Origin: Myxococcota bacterium
GTDB taxonomy: Bacteria; Myxococcota_A; UBA9160; JAFDDA01
Assembly (NCBI GenBank): GCA_965228475.1
Contig: OZ245817.1
Coordinates: 2,880,001 to 2,944,000 of the forward strand
DNA: 64,000 nucleotides
Reading direction: 5' to 3'
This document shows positions 47,819-55,265 of the stretch, piece after piece. The position numbers were made by a program, and so were the translations under genes. The notes under the pieces are model-generated. The model was not told the DNA's origin, ran no database searches, and saw nothing but the letters and a program-made list of their open reading frames with translations. How positions within the stretch are numbered: position 1 is the first letter of the stretch; each line of letters opens with the position of its first letter.

Positions 47819-48706
47819 TCAGCGCGGCGTCGCCATGATCGCGTCGATCAGCGTGATCAGCCGATGGATCGCGGGCCCGAGCGTCCAGACGAGGATTCCC
47901 GGCAGGAAGCCCGAGACCAGGGGAAACACGAGCTTCTCGGGCAGGGCTTCGGCGCGTGCGAGGGCGCGCTCGCGGGCCCGGCGCGCCAGGTCGTCCGCGA
48001 TGTTCCGCACGATCTCGACCAGACCGGCCCCGGCCTCCTCCGCCTGGATCCACGCCGAGACGAAGCTCCGGATCGCGTCGACTTCCGTCCGGGTGGCCTG
48101 CCGCCGCATCGCCGTCGAGCGGTTTTCGCCCGCGCGGATCTCGTTCTGGACCCGCGCGAACTCCCGAACGAGGGGCCGGTCCGGCGTGGCCGAGACGTAG
48201 CGTTCGAGCGCGGCTTCGAACCCCATCCCCGACTCGGCCAGCGTCGCCAGCGTCTCGAGGGCGGGCGGCAGGTCCCGCTCGAGGGAAGCCACGCGCTCGC
48301 GACGGGCGGCCCTCACGCGAAGCGCCGGCACCGAAGCGATGCCCAACGCGACGAGGACCGGCGCGAAGGCGACGAAGTAGGACAGCGCCGTCCCGAAGAC
48401 GGGGATCGTCCGGGCCTGCCACTGGAGCCCGGTCGCCATCGCACTCGCTCCCCAGGCCCAGGCGATCGCCACGCCCAGGAACAGGGCGATGCCCTGCCGA
48501 ACCGAGAAACGGCGGACGGCGTCCTCGCCCTCGTAGCCGGCCAGGGCGAGCCAGTGCGCGAGGCGCGAGCTCCGGGGCGTCGAGACATCCTTCTCCCAGA
48601 GCCGGGCTTCCGCCCCGCGGCTCCGCTCGGTCCACCACGCGAGGCCCGCGGCGCCGACGATCAGCAGCAGCCCGAACAGCAGGGTGAGGAAGTCCAGGGC
48701 CGACAT
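47819..48706 (-). CDS. tadC: Tad inner-membrane platform protein TadC (T2SS F family)
   Basis: LP.ALE.LA...ESGMGFEAAL, E.RAG..R..A, EKLVFPLV..FLP. Confidence 0.82.
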   Translation of the reverse strand: MSALDFLTLLFGLLLIVGAAGLAWWTERSRGAEARLWEKDVSTPRSSRLAHWLALAGYEGEDAVRRFSVRQGIALFLGVAIAWAWGASAMATGLQWQARTIPVFGTALSYFVAFAPVLVALGIASVPALRVRAARRERVASLERDLPPALETLATLAESGMGFEAALERYVSATPDRPLVREFARVQNEIRAGENRSTAMRRQATRTEVDAIRSFVSAWIQAEEAGAGLVEIVRNIADDLARRARERALARAEALPEKLVFPLVSGFLPGILVWTLGPAIHRLITLIDAIMATPR

Positions 48707-49557
48707 CAGACGGTGATCCTGGAGATGCGCCACATCCAGAGGAGTGAGAGCGCCTGCACGAGCAGGGTTCCGCCGACGAGCCCCTCCCCGACCCCGCTCG
48801 CCAGGAACGAAGCGATGCCGGGCGGATCGTTCAGCCAGACGACCACGGCGATCGCCAGGTTCGCGGCCATGAGCACGAGGACGGAGCCTCGGGTCGGCGC
48901 CGCCTGGGATTCGATGCGCCGCAGGACGTCGGCCCGGTCGCGTACCGAGCGCGAGACCACCGCGAGGCTCCGCGAGAGCTGGCCGCCGGCGTGCCACTGG
49001 ATCGCGAGGCAGAGCGCGAGCAAGCGGAACGATTCGAGGGGGACTTCCTGTGTCAGGCGAGCCGTGGCCTCGGAGGGGTTCTCTCCGGTGGCCAGGCGAC
49101 CCGTCATGTCGGAGAGCAGGCGGCGCAAGGGTTCGCGCGCGTCGCGTGCCGCTCGCTGGAACGCATCGAGCGGGCTGGCACCGGACCGGAGGGCCGAGGT
49201 GACGAGGTCGAGCGCGTCGGCCAGACCCTCTTCGAGTGCGAGCGCGGCCCGGTCGACGCGCGCGCGGTGGGCGATGAACGCGAGCGCCCCCACCACGGCG
49301 CCCAACCCCAGACCGACCACCACCTGAGCCAGGGCGACGACGGCGATGGCCCCGGCGCCGGCCCCGACGAGCAACCCGACCTGGATGCTGCGCTGACCGG
49401 CGAGCGAGCCGGCGACGGGTTCGGGCGAATCGGCGTCGTCGGGACGGCTGTGCAGCCGCTGCGCCGCCCGGGAGCGCTGCTGCCAGGCGCGGGCAGCCGC
49501 TCCCGAGACCGCCAGAACCCCCGCGAAGGTGAGTGCTGCGAGCCCTGCACTACTCAT
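48706..49557 (-). CDS. tadB: Tad inner-membrane platform protein TadB (T2SS F family)
   Basis: LADALDLVTSALRSG.S, GGQL..SL......VRDR; directly upstream of tadC. Confidence 0.82.
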   Translation of the reverse strand: MSSAGLAALTFAGVLAVSGAAARAWQQRSRAAQRLHSRPDDADSPEPVAGSLAGQRSIQVGLLVGAGAGAIAVVALAQVVVGLGLGAVVGALAFIAHRARVDRAALALEEGLADALDLVTSALRSGASPLDAFQRAARDAREPLRRLLSDMTGRLATGENPSEATARLTQEVPLESFRLLALCLAIQWHAGGQLSRSLAVVSRSVRDRADVLRRIESQAAPTRGSVLVLMAANLAIAVVVWLNDPPGIASFLASGVGEGLVGGTLLVQALSLLWMWRISRITV

Positions 49558-49583
49558 CCGACCCACCTCCGCCCGAACGCAAG

Positions 49584-49615
49584 AGGCGCGGCCCCTCTTC
49601 CGAGGAGCCGCGCCT
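49584..49615 (-). terminator. Strong stem-loop between the PEP-CTERM gene and tadB (terminator, attenuator or stabiliser)
   Basis: 14 bp arms with one mismatch (AGGCGCGGCCCCTC / GAGGAGCCGCGCCT) and a 4 nt loop; no clean U-tract. Confidence 0.45.
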
Positions 49616-49668
49616 GATGAAGGGCGACTGCCCGCCGCGACGGTTCGACCGGCACGGCAGGCCCCTGG

Positions 49669-50451
49669 CTAGTCGCGCTTGCGGCCGAGCGCCGCGAGGC
49701 CCGCGAAGCCGGAGAGCAGCAGCAGCAGGCTGCCCGGCTCGGGCACGAGGTTGCTCTCGACCCAGCCCTCGGCGAGTTCGAGCGCCTCTTCGAGGTCCTC
49801 TTCGTTCGCCGGCGTGAGGGTGGCGAAGAGGATGAAGAGCGAGTTCGACGGGTCGACGAAGCCGTCCGCCTGGAACACGGCCTCGACCAGGTAGATGCCC
49901 TCGGTCGCGAAGTCGGGCGTGACCGTGGCATCGCCGAGCAGCGTGAAGTCGTGGTGCTCGTGGAGCAGACCGTTGGCCGCCGTCGTGCCGAGTTCGATCC
50001 CGGTCACGGCCGCCGAGCCGTCCAGCACGGACGTGCCGCCGAAGTGCGCGATCTCGAGGACCTCGCCGTCCGGAGTCGCGCCGAAGTCCACCGCGCCGAC
50101 GCCATCCCAGTACGAAAGGCTCCGGCCCTCGTAGCCCAGGATGATGTCGAGCTCGACGTCGGTGCTGCCGGGGATGTTGTCCGCGCCGAGCGGCAGCTGC
50201 AGGGGAGCCACCGTGTCGCTGAACGAGTTCCAGCCGGGCTCGTCGCCCGAGAAGGAGCCGTCGAGCTCCGGGTCGAAGAGCTCCCCTTCGAAGATGTTCG
50301 CATCGACGAACAAGAGATCGTCGAAGTCCATGCCTCCGACGACGAGCTCGCCGCCCTGCTGGTAGACGTTCGCATCGACGTGCTGGGCCTGTGCCGATTC
50401 CGTCCCAAGGAACAACAGCGAGGCCGCCAGAGCCAAATTCAAGATCCGCAT
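49669..50451 (-). CDS. PEP-CTERM surface protein with His-motif putative metal-binding domain
   Basis: Signal peptide ending AQA then QHVD; internal LSYWDG.GAV, HEHH, GIYLV; canonical VPEPGSLLLLLSGFAGLAALGRKR tail. Confidence 0.85.
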   Translation of the reverse strand: MRILNLALAASLLFLGTESAQAQHVDANVYQQGGELVVGGMDFDDLLFVDANIFEGELFDPELDGSFSGDEPGWNSFSDTVAPLQLPLGADNIPGSTDVELDIILGYEGRSLSYWDGVGAVDFGATPDGEVLEIAHFGGTSVLDGSAAVTGIELGTTAANGLLHEHHDFTLLGDATVTPDFATEGIYLVEAVFQADGFVDPSNSLFILFATLTPANEEDLEEALELAEGWVESNLVPEPGSLLLLLSGFAGLAALGRKRD

Positions 50452-50525
50452 GATCGTGTTTTCTCCTTTTCGGTTCGGGGCCGGCCGATGGACGTACCGC
50501 CACGATGCCCCTTCCCGAAAACTCC

Positions 50526-50551
50526 AGTGCCGCTCGGGCGCCGACGGTTCC
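50526..50551 (-). promoter_or_regulatory. Candidate ECF sigma promoter, copy 1
   Basis: GGAACC-N14-GGCACT on the minus strand upstream of the PEP-CTERM gene. Confidence 0.6.
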
Positions 50552-50563
50552 ATGGCACGCCGA

Positions 50564-51682
50564 TCAGGCGAGCAGCCGGCGCCTCCTGGCGGCGGCAAGC
50601 AGCGGCAGGAGGACCGCGATCTCCGTTCCGAGGCCGCAGCCCGAGCTCGCCTCGACGTCTCCGTCGGCGCTCGCGCACTGCGGGTCGTTCGGGAAGTCGA
50701 TCAGGCCGTCGTTGTCGTTGTCGATCCCGTCGGCGCACTGGAAGGCCTCGGAGGGATCGTTGAGTCCCTTGCAGCCCGGGTCGTCGGGGTGGTCCGCGAG
50801 GCCGTCGCCGTCGTTGTCGATCCCGTCGTCGCAGGCGAGCGCGAGGGAGTACTCGGATTCGTCCGAGGCGCCGTCGCAGCCCGGGTCGTCGAAGCCCAGG
50901 CCCAGGTTCCCACCGTCATGGTCGGCGCGGCCGTCGCCATCGTTGTCGTAGCCGTCCTGGCAATCCGGCACGTCGAGGTTGGCCTCGACCCACGCGACGG
51001 CGGTGTCCAGGGTCGACTGGAACTCGTTGTACGCGAAGACCATCCAGAAGCGCGGGGAAGGCGCGACTGCGTCCGCGGCGAGCACCGGGTCGATGGACGC
51101 CTCGAGGGCAACGAGGTAGATGCCGCTCGCTGCGCCGCCGGTCGGCCGCAGGTGGTAGTCGATGTGGCGGTGGATGCCTCCGGTGGAGGGCTCCGTCGCG
51201 ATCAGGAAACCGGAGACCGGTGCCGTTCCTCCGTCCGCGATGGCCAGGTTGGCGCCACGGGAAATCTCGACGGTCTCACTCCCTGGGACCGGCCCCCAGC
51301 TGACGGCGCCGTCGCCGTCCCAGTAGGAGAGGTTCCGCCCCGTCAGGGGCTCCACCACGATGTCGAAGTAGAGATCAGCGTCGTCCGGCAGGCCGACCAT
51401 CCCCGGCGGGGAGTCGTTCGAAGTGTGGCCCGGCGCGTCCGTCCACAGCCCGCCCTGGCCCGAGTTGAAGTTGAACGTGTCCGAGAAGACGCGGACGTCG
51501 GGAACGAGCTGCAAGAGGTCGAAATCGGTGGCGCCCGTCTTCACGTGGCCGTCATCGATCCCGTAGAGCATGTCGAGGTGCTGGGCGTTCGAGGGCCCTG
51601 CCGTGAAAGCGAACCCCGCCAGGATTGCGGCCCCAAGCTGGACCTTCGCGATCCGCAACCGATTCGACGCCCGGTTCGACAC
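50564..51682 (-). CDS. Surface protein paralogous to the PEP-CTERM protein, with three Cys/Asp repeats and a CGLG-TM-Arg tail
   Basis: GGAGGGAGG RBS before GTG 51682; signal ending SNA then QHLD; LSYWDGDGAV, HRH, GIYLV; tail SSGCGLGTEIAVLLPLLAAARRRR. Confidence 0.82.
   Translation of the reverse strand: MSNRASNRLRIAKVQLGAAILAGFAFTAGPSNAQHLDMLYGIDDGHVKTGATDFDLLQLVPDVRVFSDTFNFNSGQGGLWTDAPGHTSNDSPPGMVGLPDDADLYFDIVVEPLTGRNLSYWDGDGAVSWGPVPGSETVEISRGANLAIADGGTAPVSGFLIATEPSTGGIHRHIDYHLRPTGGAASGIYLVALEASIDPVLAADAVAPSPRFWMVFAYNEFQSTLDTAVAWVEANLDVPDCQDGYDNDGDGRADHDGGNLGLGFDDPGCDGASDESEYSLALACDDGIDNDGDGLADHPDDPGCKGLNDPSEAFQCADGIDNDNDGLIDFPNDPQCASADGDVEASSGCGLGTEIAVLLPLLAAARRRRLLA
50675..50962 (-). repeat. 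Three intragenic CxDGxDNDxDGxxD...DPxC repeats
   Basis: CQDGYDNDGDGRAD..DPGC, CDDGIDNDGDGLAD..DPGC, CADGIDNDNDGLID..DPQC; Asp spacing resembles Ca-binding loops. Confidence 0.85.
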
Positions 51683-51704
51683 CCAGTACCTCCCTCCGCG
51701 CTCG

Positions 51705-51722
51705 TGTGCGCACTTGTGCACA
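51705..51722. promoter_or_regulatory. Palindromic/tandem element in the divergent control region
   Basis: TGTGCGCA-ct-TGTGCACA, both an imperfect inverted repeat and a 10 bp-period direct repeat. Confidence 0.35.
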
Positions 51723-51739
51723 GGTCCGTGCGGTGAGGT

Positions 51740-51765
51740 AGTGCCGGCCGGCCCCGAAGGGTTCC
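51740..51765 (-). promoter_or_regulatory. Candidate ECF sigma promoter, copy 2
   Basis: GGAACC-N14-GGCACT on the minus strand upstream of the CGLG-anchored gene; both hexamers and the spacing are identical to copy 1. Confidence 0.6.
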
Positions 51766-51839
51766 CGTCGATCCCCGCTTTTCTCGTCAGAACGAGGCCC
51801 CCTAGACCGATCGGAACGCATCGAGTAGGGTCGGCGCTC

Positions 51840-52163
51840 ATGGGCCTCCGTCGAACCAGCACGTGGATCCTGATCGCGAGCTTCATTGCGTCCGTGCATC
51901 TGATGCCGGGCGTTCACGAGCTCTCGCACGACGGACATCCCGCGCACGCGGAAGCGAGTGACAACGCGGAGACCTCTGCCGCCGAGGCGGAGTGCGATTT
52001 CTGCGCGCTCTTGTCCGGTGCCCGGCTCGGACTCACGGGAGCCTCGAGCCACGCGGATCGCACCGTCCCTGCTCCGACCCGCCTCGAGGCTCTTCCGGAA
52101 AGCCCGCACTTCGCTGCGCGCTTCGATTCGCCCGCCTCGCCGAGAGCCCCGCCCGCCGCCTAG
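51840..52163 (+). CDS. DUF2946-like leader peptide (signal segment, His patch, CxxC, C-terminal RAPP)
   Basis: 107 aa: hydrophobic N-terminus, HELSHDGHPAH, CDFC, ...PRAPPAA-stop. Confidence 0.82.
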   Translation: MGLRRTSTWILIASFIASVHLMPGVHELSHDGHPAHAEASDNAETSAAEAECDFCALLSGARLGLTGASSHADRTVPAPTRLEALPESPHFAARFDSPASPRAPPAA

Positions 52164-52178
52164 TACCTGGGCTGTGGC

Positions 52179-52198
52179 AGGGACGCACCTGCGTCCCT
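52179..52198 (+). promoter_or_regulatory. Perfect inverted repeat between the RAPP ORF and the ECF gene
   Basis: AGGGACGCA-cc-TGCGTCCCT, beginning 15 nt after the RAPP ORF stop. Confidence 0.55.
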
Positions 52199-52231
52199 TG
52201 GTTCCGACTTCGAACCTGCGGGCGAACCGCC

Positions 52232-52837
52232 ATGAAAACATCGACCTGTCGAGACGGGGGCGCACTCCGCTCCCATTCAGGTTCCGTGCACCGCCGAGAG
52301 GCCGACCGCCTCGAGTCCGTGCGCGATCATCTCAGTGAACTCCGTTCCGTCGCCACGCGCGTGCTGGGCTGTCGGGACGCGGCCGAGGATGCCGTTCAGG
52401 AGGCCCTCGTCACGCTGTGGGGCCTGCGCGATTCGCCGCCGAACCAGCGCGCGTGGCTCGTCCGGACCGTCCTGCATCGGAGCCTTCACGCGCGCCGCAC
52501 CGCGATGCGCAGGCGGAAGTGGGAGACGCGCGCGGGCGAGGAGCTGACCCGTTGGTGCGCCCTCTGCGCCCCCGGCGACGAGCTCGAGCGGCGGGAGCTG
52601 AGGCGCACGCTCGACCGCGCCCTCGAGGGCCTCTCGGAGGAGCACCGCACGGTGCTCGCGCTGCGCGAGATCGAAGACCTCGACTACGAGGAGATCTCCC
52701 GCGCGCTGGAGGTCCCGGTCGGAACGGTGCGATCCCGGCTGAACCGGGCCCGGGCCGCCTTCCGGTCGCAGCTGCAGAGCCAGGCGTCGGCCCTGGGGCA
52801 CGAGGCGCCGCAACCCGCCCGCCAGGGGATGCGATGA
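52232..52837 (+). CDS. ECF sigma factor (start uncertain) with CxxC in the sigma2-sigma4 linker
   Basis: AAEDAVQEAL..LW, RAWL; R.VL.LRE.EDLDYEEIS.AL.VP.GTVRSRLNRAR; linker WCALCAP. Confidence 0.9.
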   Translation: MKTSTCRDGGALRSHSGSVHRREADRLESVRDHLSELRSVATRVLGCRDAAEDAVQEALVTLWGLRDSPPNQRAWLVRTVLHRSLHARRTAMRRRKWETRAGEELTRWCALCAPGDELERRELRRTLDRALEGLSEEHRTVLALREIEDLDYEEISRALEVPVGTVRSRLNRARAAFRSQLQSQASALGHEAPQPARQGMR

Positions 52838-54777
52838 GCTGCGCCGCACGCATGGCGGCGCTGATCCTGGCGCTCGGGCTGGTTCCCGGTGTCGCCGCCG
52901 CGGCCAAGGGCGACCGCTCGGTCCGCATCGGCACCCATGCTCGCGTGCTTCTCGAGCAGGCGGTGACGCGCGTCTCCGTGGCGGACCCGTCGATCGTCGA
53001 CGTCCAGATCCTGAACGCGCGGGAGCTCCTGGTGCTGGGGCGCCGCGTCGGCCAGACCAACGTGATCCTCTGGCTCGACGACGGCTCCGTCGACGACCGG
53101 CTCTGGACGGTCCACCGCGACCTCTCCTTGCTGAACTCCGTGCTGCGCGACATCCACCGCGGCGTGCGCGCCGAGAGCGCCGCCGATCGCGACGCGATCG
53201 TGCTGCGCGGCCGCGTGCCGAACGTCCGCTTCTCGCGCGCCGCCGAGGAGGCCGCGCTGCGCTTCTTCTCGGGCGGCGCCACGCAGACCGAGGGCGGGCT
53301 CGTCGTCCAGGTGCCCGGTGGCGGAGCGCCGGAGCCCTCGGGTGGGGCCTCGGCCCAGGAAGGCGAAGGGGCGGCCGAGCCGGCCGTCCGCGCGGCGACG
53401 AGCCGCCGAACCACCGGCCAGACCGTGCGCGTTCTCAACCTGATCCGCGTTCAGGAGCTCCCCGAGACCCTCGAGGAACGGATCCTCTCGGCCACCCGCC
53501 CGATCGGAGGCGAAGAGGTGCGGGTGCGCCGGATCGCCCGGGGCGACGCACCCGACGACCGTGCGGACAGCTTCATCCTGGAAGGACACGTCCAGAACCA
53601 GGTCACCCTCGTCCGCGTCCTGACCGTCGCCGCGCAGGTGCTCGGCGGCGGGGCCGGCACGACGGACATCCGCACGATTGCCGACGAGGCCGGTTCCCTG
53701 CGACAGGGCGGCGGCGGGGGCGGCAGCGGCGGAAACGTCGCCGCCGTGGTCTCGACCGCGGGCAGCCGCTCGGGAGGCGCCGGGGGGTCGAGCAGCGTGC
53801 GAACCAATCCGGCCCGGGCGCCCGCGCTGACCGCGGCCGGCGGCCGGATCCTCTCGTTCCTGGAAGTGCGCGACCTCCCGCAGGTCCGGATCGAGGCGCG
53901 CCTCTACGAGGTCAGCCGGGCGCGGCTCCGGGACTGGGATCCGAGTGCGAACCTGCTGCTCGGCGATTTCTCGCAGGGCGCGCTCCTGCCCTCTCCTCTC
54001 GCCGCCCTCTCCCAGGGCGCCGGAGCCGCGAGCGTGGGCACCGGGAGCTCGACCGTCCAGAACGTGCTCTCCCTGATCGGCGGCGGCCTCGCAAACAGCT
54101 TCCAGGTCCAGAGCGGCATCGTCGCACTCGACCTGCTCTTCTCCCTCCTCGAAGAGGAAGGGATCGCGCGCAGCCTCGCCACGCCGTCGCTCACGGTGCT
54201 CTCGGGCGAAACGGCGAACCTGAACGTCGGAGGCCAGATCCCGATCGCCACGACGATCGAGACCCAGACGAGCGCCGCCAGCGGCACGCTCTTCAGCTCC
54301 ACGGTCTTCGCCGACTTCGGCGTCAACCTGAGCGTGGTGCCCCGGGTGGGCGAGAACGACTTCGTGACCCTCGACGTCACGCCGAGCATCTCGGCGCCGG
54401 ACCTCACGTTGACCTCGAACATCTCGAACGCCACGGGCGCGACCCAGACGACGACCGCCTTCGAGACGCGCAGCCTCAGCACGAGCGCGCGCCTCCTCGA
54501 CGGCCACGCCCTGGTCCTCGCGGGGCTGCTCCAGCAGAACGCCTCCGAGGACGCGCGTTTCACCCCGGGGCTCCACCGCGTTCCGGGCCTCGGCTGGCTG
54601 GCACGCAGCCAGGGGCGCCAGCGGGACGACCTCGAACTGGTGATCGTGATCAGCCCGAACATCGTGCGCGACCCGGCCCCGCGGGTTGCGCTCTGGGAGT
54701 TCGCCTCGACGGCGGAGCTCTTGCGAGACGACCTACCGGCGATCCCGGCCCCGCGGCCGGCGCCGGTGATTCCCTGA
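52834..54777 (+). CDS. cpaC: Tad secretin RcpA/CpaC
   Basis: Signal peptide; VSVADPSIVDV..ELLVLG..VGQTNVILW; QV.IEAR.YEV, LA.PSL.VLSGETA...VGG.IP, FGV.L.V.P, VPGLGWL, ELVI.I.P.IV. Confidence 0.88.
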   Translation: MSCAARMAALILALGLVPGVAAAAKGDRSVRIGTHARVLLEQAVTRVSVADPSIVDVQILNARELLVLGRRVGQTNVILWLDDGSVDDRLWTVHRDLSLLNSVLRDIHRGVRAESAADRDAIVLRGRVPNVRFSRAAEEAALRFFSGGATQTEGGLVVQVPGGGAPEPSGGASAQEGEGAAEPAVRAATSRRTTGQTVRVLNLIRVQELPETLEERILSATRPIGGEEVRVRRIARGDAPDDRADSFILEGHVQNQVTLVRVLTVAAQVLGGGAGTTDIRTIADEAGSLRQGGGGGGSGGNVAAVVSTAGSRSGGAGGSSSVRTNPARAPALTAAGGRILSFLEVRDLPQVRIEARLYEVSRARLRDWDPSANLLLGDFSQGALLPSPLAALSQGAGAASVGTGSSTVQNVLSLIGGGLANSFQVQSGIVALDLLFSLLEEEGIARSLATPSLTVLSGETANLNVGGQIPIATTIETQTSAASGTLFSSTVFADFGVNLSVVPRVGENDFVTLDVTPSISAPDLTLTSNISNATGATQTTTAFETRSLSTSARLLDGHALVLAGLLQQNASEDARFTPGLHRVPGLGWLARSQGRQRDDLELVIVISPNIVRDPAPRVALWEFASTAELLRDDLPAIPAPRPAPVIP

Positions 54778-54792
54778 CGAGAAGTGAAGACC

Positions 54793-54812
54793 GCCCGGTG
54801 AGCGCACCGGGC
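54793..54812 (+). other. Perfect hairpin in the 5' UTR of the pilin gene
   Basis: GCCCGGTG-agcg-CACCGGGC just before a strong AAGGAGG RBS. Confidence 0.5.
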
Positions 54813-54829
54813 ACCAAGGAGGAAGAAGG

Positions 54830-55246
54830 ATGCGATTGAAGAAGCGCGGACTGCGGGACGAGCGAGGTGCCGCCCTGGCCGAGTACGGACTGCTGCTCGC
54901 CGGCGTCGCGATGGTCTGCATGCTGGCCGTCTCGGTGCTCGGCACGAAGGTCGGCGGCCTGATCGGCTCGGTGGCGACGATGATCCCGGGAACCACCATC
55001 GACCTCGATGCCCCGGTGCTCGTGGGCACGCTGCTCGAGACCCAGGCCACGGACATCAACGGCGACCAGATCAAGGAGATCAACATGCCGCTCGACTCCG
55101 TGGTCGACCGCAACTCGGCCACCGTGCGCGAAGAGGGCCTCTCGCCTCGCCTCGGCCAGGGCATGGGACTCGACCCGCACGCCACCTCCCACGCGGTCCA
55201 GGTGGGATCGGGCCAGAACCCCTTCCACGCCGGCGGCGGGAACTAG
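54830..55246 (+). CDS. flp: Flp/type IV (Tad) pilin with long C-terminal extension
   Basis: Leader ending RDERG then AALAEYGLL (Glu5/Tyr6 Flp motif), hydrophobic helix; 138 aa; strong RBS. Confidence 0.8.
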   Translation: MRLKKRGLRDERGAALAEYGLLLAGVAMVCMLAVSVLGTKVGGLIGSVATMIPGTTIDLDAPVLVGTLLETQATDINGDQIKEINMPLDSVVDRNSATVREEGLSPRLGQGMGLDPHATSHAVQVGSGQNPFHAGGGN

Positions 55247-55265
55247 CGGAGCCGAGAGCGGGAAC

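Noticed and set aside
49627..49647. CGAACC...GGCAGT upstream of tadB as another ECF promoter copy
   Set aside because: The spacer is 9 nt rather than 14 and both hexamers have mismatches.
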